DNA of 23,676 nt from Oligoflexales bacterium (GTDB lineage: Bacteria; Bdellovibrionota_B; Oligoflexia; Oligoflexales; RGVZ01), in assembly GCA_044236265.1 (NCBI GenBank), contig JBIIGV010000039.1:1-23676 (forward strand). The letters run 5' to 3'. The translations under genes were made by a program, and so were the position numbers. Below the pieces are notes generated by a model. It ran no database searches. It saw only the letters and a program-made list of their open reading frames with translations, and had not been told where the DNA came from. Positions 1 through 9,354 of this stretch are shown one piece after another. Each line of letters starts with the position of its first letter. The stretch's first letter is position 1.

Positions 1-444
1 ACGAGCGCCAAAGCGAATACCTTGAGTGGATACAATTGTGGTGCCTAGGCCAACGTGAGTTATGGACGTTGTGGATTCAGTTTCAAAGTTGTCGCCTGAC
101 TTTATGTTTGAGGCGTACGAACCAAGACCAAGATCAAATTGCGCGTTAGATTTGTTTTGACGTAGCGATATTATCGGGTGTGCACTTTGCTGACCCAGGG
201 TGTCTGTAGGCATATATTTGGCCGCCATGACCATCCCTGATGCGATTGATGTTGAATTTGTCATGAGTGACGCAGTAGTTCCACGCGAAGCACCTGGCGT
301 TGGGTTTTGATCGGGATTGGCGGCGCCTGCTTTTGCAAGCTTAGCTGGATTGCTCTTTCCTCCTTTTTGAGCTGCAAATGCAATCGACTCTAGACATGAA
401 TAAATGCACATTAAACCAATGAATCCTGAAACAAGAACGCGCAT
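1..444 (-). CDS. Secreted hypothetical protein, partial (runs off window start); possibly an outer-membrane beta-barrel
   Basis: Not in the ORF track. Manual translation from ATG 444 is open for 148 codons: MRVLVSGFIGLMCIYSCLESIAFAAQKGG...FDLGLGSYAS...THVGLGTTIVSTQGIRFGAR. Signal-peptide-like N-terminus, GAGGGGG SD upstream, alternating beta-strand-like segments. Confidence 0.75.
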   Translation of the reverse strand, partial: MRVLVSGFIGLMCIYSCLESIAFAAQKGGKSNPAKLAKAGAANPDQNPTPGASRGTTASLMTNSTSIASGMVMAAKYMPTDTLGQQSAHPIISLRQNKSNAQFDLGLGSYASNIKSGDNFETESTTSITHVGLGTTIVSTQGIRFGAR

Positions 445-726
445 AAATAAAACCCCCTCAAATCGTCTGTCATTATTTGGAAAATAATTCGCCGCGATTT
501 TAAGTGTCAGAATAGTTAGGGGTCAATTATTAAAGAATGTGAAAATCTAGTTTTGTAATTTCTGAATTCTTGCTGTCACAGTTTTCATCACTCACGAAAT
601 CAGACAAGATGTCCAATCACGTCACACCGCCGTTCTGTATCATGGCTTTTACGTGCCGTAGACATGCGAACATGCCTGATAATGATGCAATCTAACCGTC
701 TTGCCGTTTATCTTTTTTAAATGCTG

Positions 727-2889
727 TCAGGCAACCTTCTTGATCATCACCATCGCCTTATCGTCAGGCAGTACGGACTCTTTTCCGACCTCAATGATGG
801 TTTCAAACAGTTTATCCGAAGTCATGGCGCTGCGATCAAGGCGGCCCATGGCGTCAACTAGTTTGCGCATGGGGCGTGCGCCCTCAAGACAGCCATCAGA
901 AAAGCATACTAGTAGATCTCCAGGAGCTAGCTGGAGGTCAATGAATGATGTTTTGACCTCTTGCTGAGATCCCAAGGTGCCGCCTCGTGAGCTAATCAAT
1001 TTGATTTTATCTGCAGAGATATGGAGCCATCCTGCCATGCCATGAACCGCGATGCGGGCCTTTCCATCAGTTGAAACATCGGCGAGGCAAAACGATGTTC
1101 CGGCTTTGCCGCGGAATAAATTGAATAAATGATAGTTCAAATCGCGGATTGTTTCTTCGATTCCTTTATCCTGTGAGTCTTTCTGTCTAAGTGAGCCAAT
1201 GGTGGCAGCGACAGCTAAAGCTGCTGCCGGCCCCTTTCCAGTGACGTCACCTAGAATGAAGCGTTTGCTGCCGTTGGCACCGCTTCCTTTGAAAATCCAA
1301 TCTCCAGCCATACGTTCAGCAGGGATATAGTGGAAGCTGAAGTCCAAGGACTCCTCTCGTCCTTGCATTGGTTCTGGTAAAAGGGTGCTTTGTACCGTCG
1401 AGGCAAGCTCTAGACGGTCATTCAGGTTCTGGAGCTGGAATTGTAATTGACGTTGCTGAGCATGTTGCAGTGCACTCTCTACGCCCGTGATGGCGGCCAT
1501 AAAAATAAAGAGAATAAGATCAAAGACCCAGGTTAGATTGACAATGGTCAGATTGAATTGAAGACTTTTGGTATTGGCTATGAGTTTTGCAAGGTCGACA
1601 AAAGCCAGTGCGGTACCAATAAATAGTATCACTGCAAACGCGAAGGCAATCCTTGATCGCATGCGGGAACGTTCTGATTCAGAGAGCAGGCCAGCCATAA
1701 CGACAGCAAGGACAGTGGAAGATACGTAGACAAGAGGTTTAAGAACGATGGCTGTAATGTCCAAAGAGCGGGTAGCTAAGCTGTAGCTGACGCCGAATAG
1801 ACAGACTGCGCTTTGAATGCCCATCAACACAAAGCCTGCGACGATCAATCTCTCAACGAGTTTAATGTCCAAGCGGAAGAAGGAGTATATAAATCTAGCT
1901 AACACCAACAACGAAACGTTTCTTGCCATTAACGCAAGCAGAGCTGCAGTTTGGCCCTTGACCCCCAAATCGAGCGCATAATCCGATCTGAAAAAAAGTT
2001 CGAAGCTAGACGTAAGACCAAAGAGAAGAAACCAGCCAATCTCCCGGTTGTTTCTTGCAAATACAAACAGTAAAGAGAACACAACACAGAACGCAAGCTT
2101 TGGTAGCAGGTAAAGAAGTTGTAAGCTCGTCGCGTTATCATGACTAAAGAAGGTGAGAGGCGAAAGCAGTGCTCGAGGGCCAATCACTAGATCTCCGCGA
2201 TTCGCGATGCCTTGATAGGGAAGTGTACCAATATTGGCCTTGATAGCGATATCAACAGACCCATCAGATCTTATAAACTCAGCAGGTAGAGGGGCTAGCA
2301 TGGTTTCTTGGGTGCCTTGAAAAACGAGCTGCTGGTTTAAGTAAAGATCCCACGACTCTGCAAACATTAGTATCGTGTGAAGGCTGTACGGCTCTCTAGC
2401 GGCAGCTTCTTGAATGTTTTGCGGTAGAGTTATGCGAGCTCTGTAATAAACGGCATCACCCGATTGCCAATCTTTGATGGGGAACTCTCTTAGTGGGAGA
2501 ACCGATTGACGCTTGAAAAAGGAGGACGGAGTAGAAGGGTCGCGGTAACAGTCTTCGCGCTCGCAGCCCAAGCTTTTGCCGTAGTGCAGATCCCAGCGGA
2601 CACCTTGTTGCGTCAGATTGTAAACATTTGGTGCACTATATGCGGTCGGTGGCCAATTTCCGTAATCAAGAAGTCTCGTTACAAAAAACATTGACGATAA
2701 AACCATGGTCCCAATCGCAAGGACGATGGCAATCGTTTCCTGGTATTTACTAGTTGGTGATCGGCTTGTGGAGTCACGGGCAATCATGTGGTCCCGCAGC
2801 TTGCGGGTGAGCGACAATTTAATGAGTAACCGATCGATCCCTGCGGCGATCTTGTCTACTCTTAATTGTAACGCTTCCCTGCGTTTCAT
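727..2889 (-). CDS. Membrane sensor PP2C/SpoIIE (RsbU-like) Ser/Thr phosphatase with an extracytoplasmic domain and about 7 TM helices
   Basis: C-terminal PP2C motifs ELASTVQSTLLP, AGDW, GDVTGKG, FSDG, DDKA; preceded by a coiled coil, several hydrophobic helices and a Cys-containing periplasmic domain. Start may be further downstream. Confidence 0.88.
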   Translation of the reverse strand: MKRREALQLRVDKIAAGIDRLLIKLSLTRKLRDHMIARDSTSRSPTSKYQETIAIVLAIGTMVLSSMFFVTRLLDYGNWPPTAYSAPNVYNLTQQGVRWDLHYGKSLGCEREDCYRDPSTPSSFFKRQSVLPLREFPIKDWQSGDAVYYRARITLPQNIQEAAAREPYSLHTILMFAESWDLYLNQQLVFQGTQETMLAPLPAEFIRSDGSVDIAIKANIGTLPYQGIANRGDLVIGPRALLSPLTFFSHDNATSLQLLYLLPKLAFCVVFSLLFVFARNNREIGWFLLFGLTSSFELFFRSDYALDLGVKGQTAALLALMARNVSLLVLARFIYSFFRLDIKLVERLIVAGFVLMGIQSAVCLFGVSYSLATRSLDITAIVLKPLVYVSSTVLAVVMAGLLSESERSRMRSRIAFAFAVILFIGTALAFVDLAKLIANTKSLQFNLTIVNLTWVFDLILFIFMAAITGVESALQHAQQRQLQFQLQNLNDRLELASTVQSTLLPEPMQGREESLDFSFHYIPAERMAGDWIFKGSGANGSKRFILGDVTGKGPAAALAVAATIGSLRQKDSQDKGIEETIRDLNYHLFNLFRGKAGTSFCLADVSTDGKARIAVHGMAGWLHISADKIKLISSRGGTLGSQQEVKTSFIDLQLAPGDLLVCFSDGCLEGARPMRKLVDAMGRLDRSAMTSDKLFETIIEVGKESVLPDDKAMVMIKKVA

Positions 2890-2908
2890 TCAGTGACCTT
2901 TCAGTCCG

Positions 2909-4192
2909 TTATTTTTTCGCAGCTACAGACTTGGCAGCTGTGGCGTTGAGTTCTTGCATTAGCCAGTCTCTCAGCGATGCGGATCCAGATCGACCAAGCT
3001 TGGACCAGTCAAGTGTGCTGTAGCTTAGGCCCTTTTCATCAGAGCTATACAGCATGCCGATAGTCGGTGATGTGACGTCTGCCAAATCAAGTATAAGATT
3101 GCCGATGTCTGAGCGACATGACTCCATGAAAACAACGTTGAAGAAGAGGTCCCGCTCTTGATCTAGAAGGGCGCTAAGAAGTTGGAACTTAGTAATTCCG
3201 GCAGCAATGGCCCCTTCTGGAGAACTGCCGCGGATGAGACCGGCTGCGTCTAGTCCCTCTTTGTCTAGACCATCTTTTTCCAGTCCGATTTTATCTAGTC
3301 CCTCCTTGTCGAGACCATTCTTATCGAGACCATCTTTCTCCAATCCGATTTTATCTAGCCCATTCTTATCCAGGCCATCTTTGTCGAGACCGTCTTTCTC
3401 GAGACCATCCTTGTCGAGTCGAGTTCCTGAGCCCATCACCATAAGCGGTGACGCTTTCTTCTTCACAAAGCGGTCGCGAAGGAACGGCTTGGTGATGATT
3501 CGAGACTCATAGGCAATTTTTGGTGTAATCGCCAATTGGTCATTACCGTGAGATTTGAACACGACGGAATATTCAAATTTTTGTGTCGGAAATAGGCTGC
3601 GTACAATCTCCAACGAGGCATTGAGCATATCTGGATGCGACAATGGGCTATGCTCATGGATGGGATTACTTTTAATGCGAGCATAAATATCGGCTAAGCG
3701 CTTCATCTCGGCAGCTGGGATTGGCTTGGCCTGATTTTTGGGTAAGCAATATAAAACGTTATTTTGTACAATTCCCTCGTTGGATATTATGACTGCGCCA
3801 GCACTGATGGAGGCTTTTTCGGAGCAAATTGAGTTTTTAATTCCGAAAATATCCGTATAAACGGCATCAGCAAAGTTATTGAAATCGTTCTCTAAGCTTT
3901 CTGCAGCCTTTTCGAGGCTTGTGGCAGAAATTTCGGGATCCGACTTTGCATCGCTGAGGGTGGCGAGGATATTGTTGCGCTCGGATCTGTATGCAGCAGT
4001 ATCCATCGGATTGTTAGCGTAGTAGACAAGAACTTGAGGTTTGTTGGGATCGCGCGAAAGATTATTGCTAATCTGCAATCCTGGTTTCAGATCCTTAAAT
4101 GCCGCGAAATCGCTACCGAACTTACATCCGGTGATTGCTAAAAAAGCTGCAAAAATTGAAATGGCTTTTGCATGGCAGACAAATTGTTTCAT
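2909..4192 (-). CDS. Clostripain (peptidase C11, clan CD)-like lipoprotein with an internal pentapeptide repeat
   Basis: Lipobox LAITGC; VLVYYANN resembles the C11 N-terminal strand; HPDMLNASLEIVRSLFP...VVFKSHG (His215) and VVFMESC (Cys359) match C11 dyad contexts; LYSSDE follows. Confidence 0.72.
   Translation of the reverse strand: MKQFVCHAKAISIFAAFLAITGCKFGSDFAAFKDLKPGLQISNNLSRDPNKPQVLVYYANNPMDTAAYRSERNNILATLSDAKSDPEISATSLEKAAESLENDFNNFADAVYTDIFGIKNSICSEKASISAGAVIISNEGIVQNNVLYCLPKNQAKPIPAAEMKRLADIYARIKSNPIHEHSPLSHPDMLNASLEIVRSLFPTQKFEYSVVFKSHGNDQLAITPKIAYESRIITKPFLRDRFVKKKASPLMVMGSGTRLDKDGLEKDGLDKDGLDKNGLDKIGLEKDGLDKNGLDKEGLDKIGLEKDGLDKEGLDAAGLIRGSSPEGAIAAGITKFQLLSALLDQERDLFFNVVFMESCRSDIGNLILDLADVTSPTIGMLYSSDEKGLSYSTLDWSKLGRSGSASLRDWLMQELNATAAKSVAAKK
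3242..3421 (-). repeat. Twelve tandem 15-bp units encoding GL[DE]Kx pentapeptides
   Basis: RLDKD GLEKD GLDKD GLDKN GLDKI GLEKD GLDKN GLDKE GLDKI GLEKD GLDKE GLDAA, read directly. Codons differ synonymously between units. Confidence 0.97.
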
Positions 4193-4238
4193 GTCTAGAT
4201 CCTTCCCTTAAACTGCGTTGCGCGGATGCTTGGAAGAG

Positions 4239-4266
4239 GTATCGGACTCTTCTGGGAAAATGTTGA
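4239..4266 (-). promoter_or_regulatory. Possible sigma28/FliA-type promoter for the C11-PP2C operon
   Basis: Minus strand TCAA-N16-TCCGATAC versus consensus TAAA-N15-GCCGATAA; spacing is 1 nt long. Confidence 0.35.
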
Positions 4267-4453
4267 GCAATTGTAGAAAAAGGCTGTGATTATGGGTGCT
4301 TATTTGAGTCATATCCAGCTCGGAGATCGCCTTGGAACAGTGACTTCCTCATATCGTGCCTTGTGGCGACGTTTGGTTGGCGCGCAGATGTGCGCTAGAA
4401 TATTGAGATTAAGTTTGTTTATTGGAAATAAATCAATGCGAGGGGGTCCAGGG

Positions 4454-7408
4454 ATGAGGCGTTCCATGTTTGCGCTTCTGGCTGCGGTTGGCATGATGTC
4501 GGCTGCGCCAGCGATGGGAAAAGTATCAATATCTAAAAACGGCAATCAGACAGTTTACGACATCGAGATCGAAGGCGTGGATATGACGCCGGTGAGCATT
4601 GGTGGAAAAGAGTTTGTGTCGGCTAAGTTTAAGGGTGTTGAGCGTTTCCATGCTGTGAAATACGAACTTGGAAAACCAGAAATTCCGGTAGTTCGACTCA
4701 TGGTCGATGGGGACGTTGTGGTGCAGGCCGTTGGTTCTAATTTATCCGGTGTATCGGATCCGACTAAGGCACTGAAGCCAGCGCAGCCGTCGTGGAGCAA
4801 ATCTCTTAAATTCCCCCCACCAGTCGCTTACGATGCTCCGACCTACGAGACTGACATTATGAATGTTGAGCCTCTTTACGGAGTTGAAAAAGTCGCCTCT
4901 TACCGTGGATTGCCGCGGCAGATGGTGACCCTCAACGCGATGCGTTACAACCCGGTCAGTGGTTTTTACCAGTATCACAATCACTATCGCGTAACGGTGA
5001 CCAGCAGTTTCAAAGAAGCTCAGACGCAGCCGACGCTTGCATTGGTTGTTGGCGCACAGTTTGCGTCAAGCCCATCGGTTGATAATCTTGTACGTTCAAA
5101 AGAGTCGCAAGGTTTTAGAGTTAGGAAGATCATTGTTGGTCAGAATGGTGTGACAACAGATGAGCACATTCGCGCTGCGCTAAAATCCATTTACAATGAA
5201 AATGTAAATTTACGTTTCGCGCTGATTGTTGGCGATGCTGAAGACGTACCAGGACATGACTCAACACACATTAGCGGTGTTACAGATCATTTTTATCGCG
5301 CTATTGACACTGATAATTACGAGTCAGACATTAATGGCCCAGACATCGGCGTTGGTCGCTTGTCTGTGAACTCTGAGGCCCAATTATCAACCGTGGTAAC
5401 AAAAATTGTACGCTACACAGACGGACGCTTTGCCGCCGATCGCTGGATGCAGCATCCTGCCTTCATCACAACTCACGATCGCTGGCAAACCGCAGAGGGG
5501 ACTCACAATGCTGTGATTGCAAAGCATTTTGCTCCGCGCGGCTATGACCGTGTATTTCCCGATGCATCGGAAAAGGGTGGAGACAAACTTTATCCAATTT
5601 CTCTCAACGCGACAGATCAGCAAATTGTTGATCACATGAAGCAAGGCCGTTTCATTATCAATTTCAGTGGGCATGGATCCCATACGGGCTGGGAGGATGT
5701 CACGACGCAGGATGTTTTATCCATGAATGATCCCAACGCTCTGCCGTGGGTTATTTCCAACGCGTGTATCACCGGAGACTTCAGAGAAGAGCCGGTATTT
5801 GCAGAAACATGGCAGCGTCACCCAAATGGTGCGATTACGTTTTGGGGATCCATGGATAGCTCTTACTGGGATGAAGACGATATTCTTGAGAAGGCGATGT
5901 ACGATGCAGTGTTTGATCGCGGTACTCGATCCTTTGATTTGATTCATCAATATGCTCTTGGAGAGGTGTGGCGCCACTACGGCGGACAAGCGAAGAGCGC
6001 ATACTATTGGGAAACTTATGTGACATTTGGTGATCCGTCTCTTGAAGTGCGGACACGTAAATCGACGGATGCGACGGTGGAAGGTCCTGATGCGCTGATC
6101 ATTGGAGCTGAAGACGCATCTTGGCGTGTGACGACTGAAGACGCTCCTGTTGTTGGTGCGCGCGTCACTCTGCACCGTGCATCTGATGGTAAAACTGTGA
6201 CCGGAGTCACAGGTCAACAAGGAGAGGTGACTCTGCCATTGTCCGCATTCGGCGCAACAGCAGAACCTGTCACACTTATCGTCGCCGGCGGCGATTTACG
6301 CCGTGTCTCTAAAGAGCTTGCATTGATTGCACCGAATCAGCCACATCTTGGATTTTCTGGTTGGACACTCAATGGCCGCACGGGTGGCGGTGTTCACGTC
6401 GGTGAACAGATAAATCTTGGCGGTGTCGTTGAAAACTTCGGCATGGTAGCTACAAGTGGTGGTCGTCTGATCATTGAGAGTGTTGTTGGTCCTGGTGCTG
6501 TCACTAGGTCAGAAGTGACTGTTCCGCCGATGGGGAGCAGAGAGCGTATTTCGTTGGCTGCAGGATTGGCGTTTACCGTAAATGCCGAGGCGCGTCGCGG
6601 TGAGGTCGTTCGTCTTCAGCTACGATGGGAGACCAATGAAGGTCAGACCGGAACAGTAGTTTTAAGCTGGCCGGTGCTGCGTGCAGATATTGAAGTCACA
6701 GCTGTGGACTACGGAGCTGAGGGTGTCGAAGGAGTCGGAGCTGAGGGTTATTTATATTTAACCATCAAAAATATCGGCACTGAGACCATTCGTTCCCTTG
6801 AGCTTACTCCTCAGAGTGGTACCTGTACCGCTGGAGCTGATGGCAAACTTACGATTGCTGAATTGGCGCCGGGAGCAACGGCTCGCGTTCCCCAGAGCAT
6901 CCATGTCACGACCGATGGTCAGTGTAGCAGCGGTTCTGCAGGGAGCATTTCACTTGCAGGCCATTATCAGAGCGTTTCGCGTCAGTTATCTCTTGCAGCT
7001 GGTGTCAATTATTTAGTGGGTGTTTTGGAAACTGATGTTGAGCGCATGGAGGGACTTGGTCTCGCGATTCCTGATCGTGGCGAAGCATTGAGTCAATCCA
7101 TTCAGGTGAATGGCAGCGGACCGATCAAGGATATTTCGGTCTTTGTGAAGATCAACCACACTTACATCGGCGATCTTGAGGTTCACTTGGTATCACCTAC
7201 CGGTAAATCTGTACTGCTCCACAACCACACTGGCAGCGGAAACGACAATATCGAGCAGCGTTATGGTCGCGGCGGAGTCAATATCGGAGAGCTTGATACT
7301 CTGATCGGTGACGAGGCCCGGGGTGAGTGGAAGTTACAGGTTCGGGACACTATGGCCTCCGACACTGGGACTTTGGAGGCTGTCGAGCTGTCCATTAGGC
7401 ACTGGTAA
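4454..7408 (+). CDS. Gingipain-like peptidase C25 with propeptide, Ig-like domains and a C-terminal proprotein-convertase P domain
   Basis: Likely start ATG 4454 (GAGGGGG SD; signal peptide MRRSMFALLAAVGMMSAAPAMG) rather than 4286. Motifs: GKPEIPVV (propeptide), LIVGD, TDHFY, DIGVGRL, FSGHGS (His), SNACITG (Cys), FGDPSL; P domain INHTYIGDLEVHLVSPTG...GEWKLQVRD...DTGTL. Confidence 0.9.
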   Translation: MRRSMFALLAAVGMMSAAPAMGKVSISKNGNQTVYDIEIEGVDMTPVSIGGKEFVSAKFKGVERFHAVKYELGKPEIPVVRLMVDGDVVVQAVGSNLSGVSDPTKALKPAQPSWSKSLKFPPPVAYDAPTYETDIMNVEPLYGVEKVASYRGLPRQMVTLNAMRYNPVSGFYQYHNHYRVTVTSSFKEAQTQPTLALVVGAQFASSPSVDNLVRSKESQGFRVRKIIVGQNGVTTDEHIRAALKSIYNENVNLRFALIVGDAEDVPGHDSTHISGVTDHFYRAIDTDNYESDINGPDIGVGRLSVNSEAQLSTVVTKIVRYTDGRFAADRWMQHPAFITTHDRWQTAEGTHNAVIAKHFAPRGYDRVFPDASEKGGDKLYPISLNATDQQIVDHMKQGRFIINFSGHGSHTGWEDVTTQDVLSMNDPNALPWVISNACITGDFREEPVFAETWQRHPNGAITFWGSMDSSYWDEDDILEKAMYDAVFDRGTRSFDLIHQYALGEVWRHYGGQAKSAYYWETYVTFGDPSLEVRTRKSTDATVEGPDALIIGAEDASWRVTTEDAPVVGARVTLHRASDGKTVTGVTGQQGEVTLPLSAFGATAEPVTLIVAGGDLRRVSKELALIAPNQPHLGFSGWTLNGRTGGGVHVGEQINLGGVVENFGMVATSGGRLIIESVVGPGAVTRSEVTVPPMGSRERISLAAGLAFTVNAEARRGEVVRLQLRWETNEGQTGTVVLSWPVLRADIEVTAVDYGAEGVEGVGAEGYLYLTIKNIGTETIRSLELTPQSGTCTAGADGKLTIAELAPGATARVPQSIHVTTDGQCSSGSAGSISLAGHYQSVSRQLSLAAGVNYLVGVLETDVERMEGLGLAIPDRGEALSQSIQVNGSGPIKDISVFVKINHTYIGDLEVHLVSPTGKSVLLHNHTGSGNDNIEQRYGRGGVNIGELDTLIGDEARGEWKLQVRDTMASDTGTLEAVELSIRHW

Positions 7409-7430
7409 CGATAGATATCTTGTGTGAGCA

Positions 7431-7460
7431 AAAAGGACCCTTTCGGGTCCTTTTGTGTTT
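7431..7460 (+). terminator. Rho-independent terminator, probably bidirectional
   Basis: AAAAGGACCC-TTTC-GGGTCCTTTT perfect hairpin starting 23 nt after the C25 stop, with an A tract before and T tract after. Confidence 0.9.
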
Positions 7461-7801
7461 CCACTAATTGGCGCCATCGGATGAATTCTCTAATCAGTCG
7501 GGTGGCACCAAATATACCATGGCGCGCTTTACGCTTTGTTTGAAAACCTTAAGCTCATTGAGTGGGATTATAGTTTCCCGGGATCTGGGTCCATAGGTTG
7601 TAAGCAACAGTGCTTGCCGTGGTAGTGCTTAGAAGAGGTTATGAATCATATCGAGATCAATAACTCTTATATTTGGAAGTCGGTAGACGTCCGAAGTTTT
7701 AGTGTAATTGATAACTTCCGGATTGGGCTTAGTTCTCGGTTCAATGACCAGTGGGTCCGACATAACGTGAGACCATTCCGTCACCGATAGCTAGCAACAA
7801 G

Positions 7802-8470
7802 TCAATATGCGCTAAGCTCGCCTAAGTATTTTTCATAATCGGATTTGGATAGTGTAGTTATTTCCTTTGAAATCAAAAGTCCTGCTAGGGATCTAGATTT
7901 TTCAGCTGTTACTCCGGGTGTCCAGTGTTGTTTGATCGTAAGCTCAGTCAGCAGTGCGGCTATTTCTGTGGTGCCAGTGACATCCCATAATTCTTGCGAG
8001 AACAAGACTGCTCCATTGCTTTCCTCGTAAATTCGCTCCAAATTACATCCAGTTGGAATCGATGCGCCAGGAACTGGCGTGACTGTTGATAAAGCGTTGG
8101 CCGCAAAAACGATATTTTCCAATCGCGACGTCATGGCCGTTTTAAGTGTCGAAGCACGGTTTCCATCAAGGCGTGTGAGCTTATCCACTATGGACAAGCT
8201 GGCTTCCGATAAATTGCCACTAGGTTGCAAAATAGAAAGATTTTGTTTGGAAAGTTCTTTTGTCACTAGCGACATCACGGATCTGATCTTTGCGTCCGAT
8301 CTGCAAACTATGGCAATTCCTTGCTCAGAATCTTGCACATACGTATCGCCAGCTGGATAGAAGCCTGGTCCAACAGTGCTGCCGCCGTCTTCTAGATTGT
8401 TTGTCCCACCACAAGAGACAAAACACAGTAGGTAAAAAAATACTGGTAACAAATAAAGACGCTGCGTCAT
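7802..8470 (-). CDS. Hypothetical lipoprotein
   Basis: 222-aa ORF with lipobox CFVSC, 10 nt downstream of the TIGR02147 gene; IVC...IPTGCNLE...ELW...AALL pattern. Confidence 0.8.
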   Translation of the reverse strand: MTQRLYLLPVFFYLLCFVSCGGTNNLEDGGSTVGPGFYPAGDTYVQDSEQGIAIVCRSDAKIRSVMSLVTKELSKQNLSILQPSGNLSEASLSIVDKLTRLDGNRASTLKTAMTSRLENIVFAANALSTVTPVPGASIPTGCNLERIYEESNGAVLFSQELWDVTGTTEIAALLTELTIKQHWTPGVTAEKSRSLAGLLISKEITTLSKSDYEKYLGELSAY

Positions 8471-8480
8471 GTTTCTAACC

Positions 8481-9335
8481 CTACCTTATTTGAGGTTTGG
8501 TGGTGGATTCCGTTAGTGGGAATACTTGAAGATTCACATGGTAAACGTCCTCACCATTATTTTCGACATGAAATTGGTGAAGATCTTCATGGAACTTTTT
8601 CACTAACGCTTTAATTCGAGGTAAATCAGACTGTCTTACCGCGATATTAGTCCCGTATCCAGTTCGACGCTCAAGGGGAGTATGATCGATTGCGTCTTTT
8701 GCTAAGTCAAGAAATCCTTTGTGGTGAGCTCTAAGAGCCGCATTTGGAATGCCTGAAAGTCCAACAAAGATTTCTCTATTTGTCTTTGCAATTTTATTTC
8801 TCCCAACTCGTTTGATCAGGCCCAGTCTAAAAAGACGATCGATTGCAAGTGATGCTTGAACGGGAGTGATTTTCCCTCCAAGCTTTTTTGAGATCCAAAA
8901 GGAATCATCCTTGAACTCCTCAAGGTCTATCATCTCTAGGATAGCTAGGTGATGCCAGTCAGCAATGATTCGAAACTGGTCTAAACTCATAGTCTCTTTT
9001 TCATTGCTTTGCAAACCTGCACCCTTGGCGGCGGCCACGATATCTTGAAGATCTTTGGGATCAGAACCTGCAACCCTAGAGGCGAGCATCAGTGATAGCC
9101 ATTGCATCTCTCGGCTGTCCAAACCAAGTACTCGCCCCAATCTGTCAGCTAGGTCCTGGCGAAAGGATCTGGTTCCTCTGATGACCTCAGACAGAAGAGA
9201 TGGATTTTGATATCCAAGCTCTCTTGAAAATGACCGCAAAGAAAACTTTGGATCCTCGACTTTCCGCGCGGTCATCACGCCTGCGAGCCATTCCCTTGGA
9301 TCAGAGAAAGAAAAAATATTTGATGGCGGTTTCAT
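8481..9335 (-). CDS. TIGR02147 / DUF4423 family protein with N-terminal HTH
   Basis: NIFSFSDPREWL...PKFSLRSFSRELGYQNPSLLSEVIRGTR (HTH), DWHHLAILEM, LFRLGLI, LRAHHKGFL...A, VYHVNLQVFPLT: typical family signature. Confidence 0.88.
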   Translation of the reverse strand: MKPPSNIFSFSDPREWLAGVMTARKVEDPKFSLRSFSRELGYQNPSLLSEVIRGTRSFRQDLADRLGRVLGLDSREMQWLSLMLASRVAGSDPKDLQDIVAAAKGAGLQSNEKETMSLDQFRIIADWHHLAILEMIDLEEFKDDSFWISKKLGGKITPVQASLAIDRLFRLGLIKRVGRNKIAKTNREIFVGLSGIPNAALRAHHKGFLDLAKDAIDHTPLERRTGYGTNIAVRQSDLPRIKALVKKFHEDLHQFHVENNGEDVYHVNLQVFPLTESTTKPQIR

Positions 9336-9354
9336 GAAGGAAGTTTACCATGTT

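Noticed and set aside
445..726. TCAC/GTCAC-rich intergenic region as CRP or Pho boxes
   Set aside because: No TGTGA-N6-TCACA match and no 11-bp periodic direct repeats could be confirmed.
3242..3421. Repeat array as a CRISPR or non-coding VNTR
   Set aside because: 15-bp period, no spacers, in frame within a CDS, and no cas genes in the window.
3207..3512. Plus-strand 101-aa ORF with SRPSLS/SSPFL repeats
   Set aside because: Antisense shadow of the GL[DE]Kx array; the variation is synonymous in the minus-strand frame.
4286..4453. N-terminal extension of the C25 ORF in the track
   Set aside because: SD and signal peptide point to ATG 4454; the extension covers the divergent promoter region.
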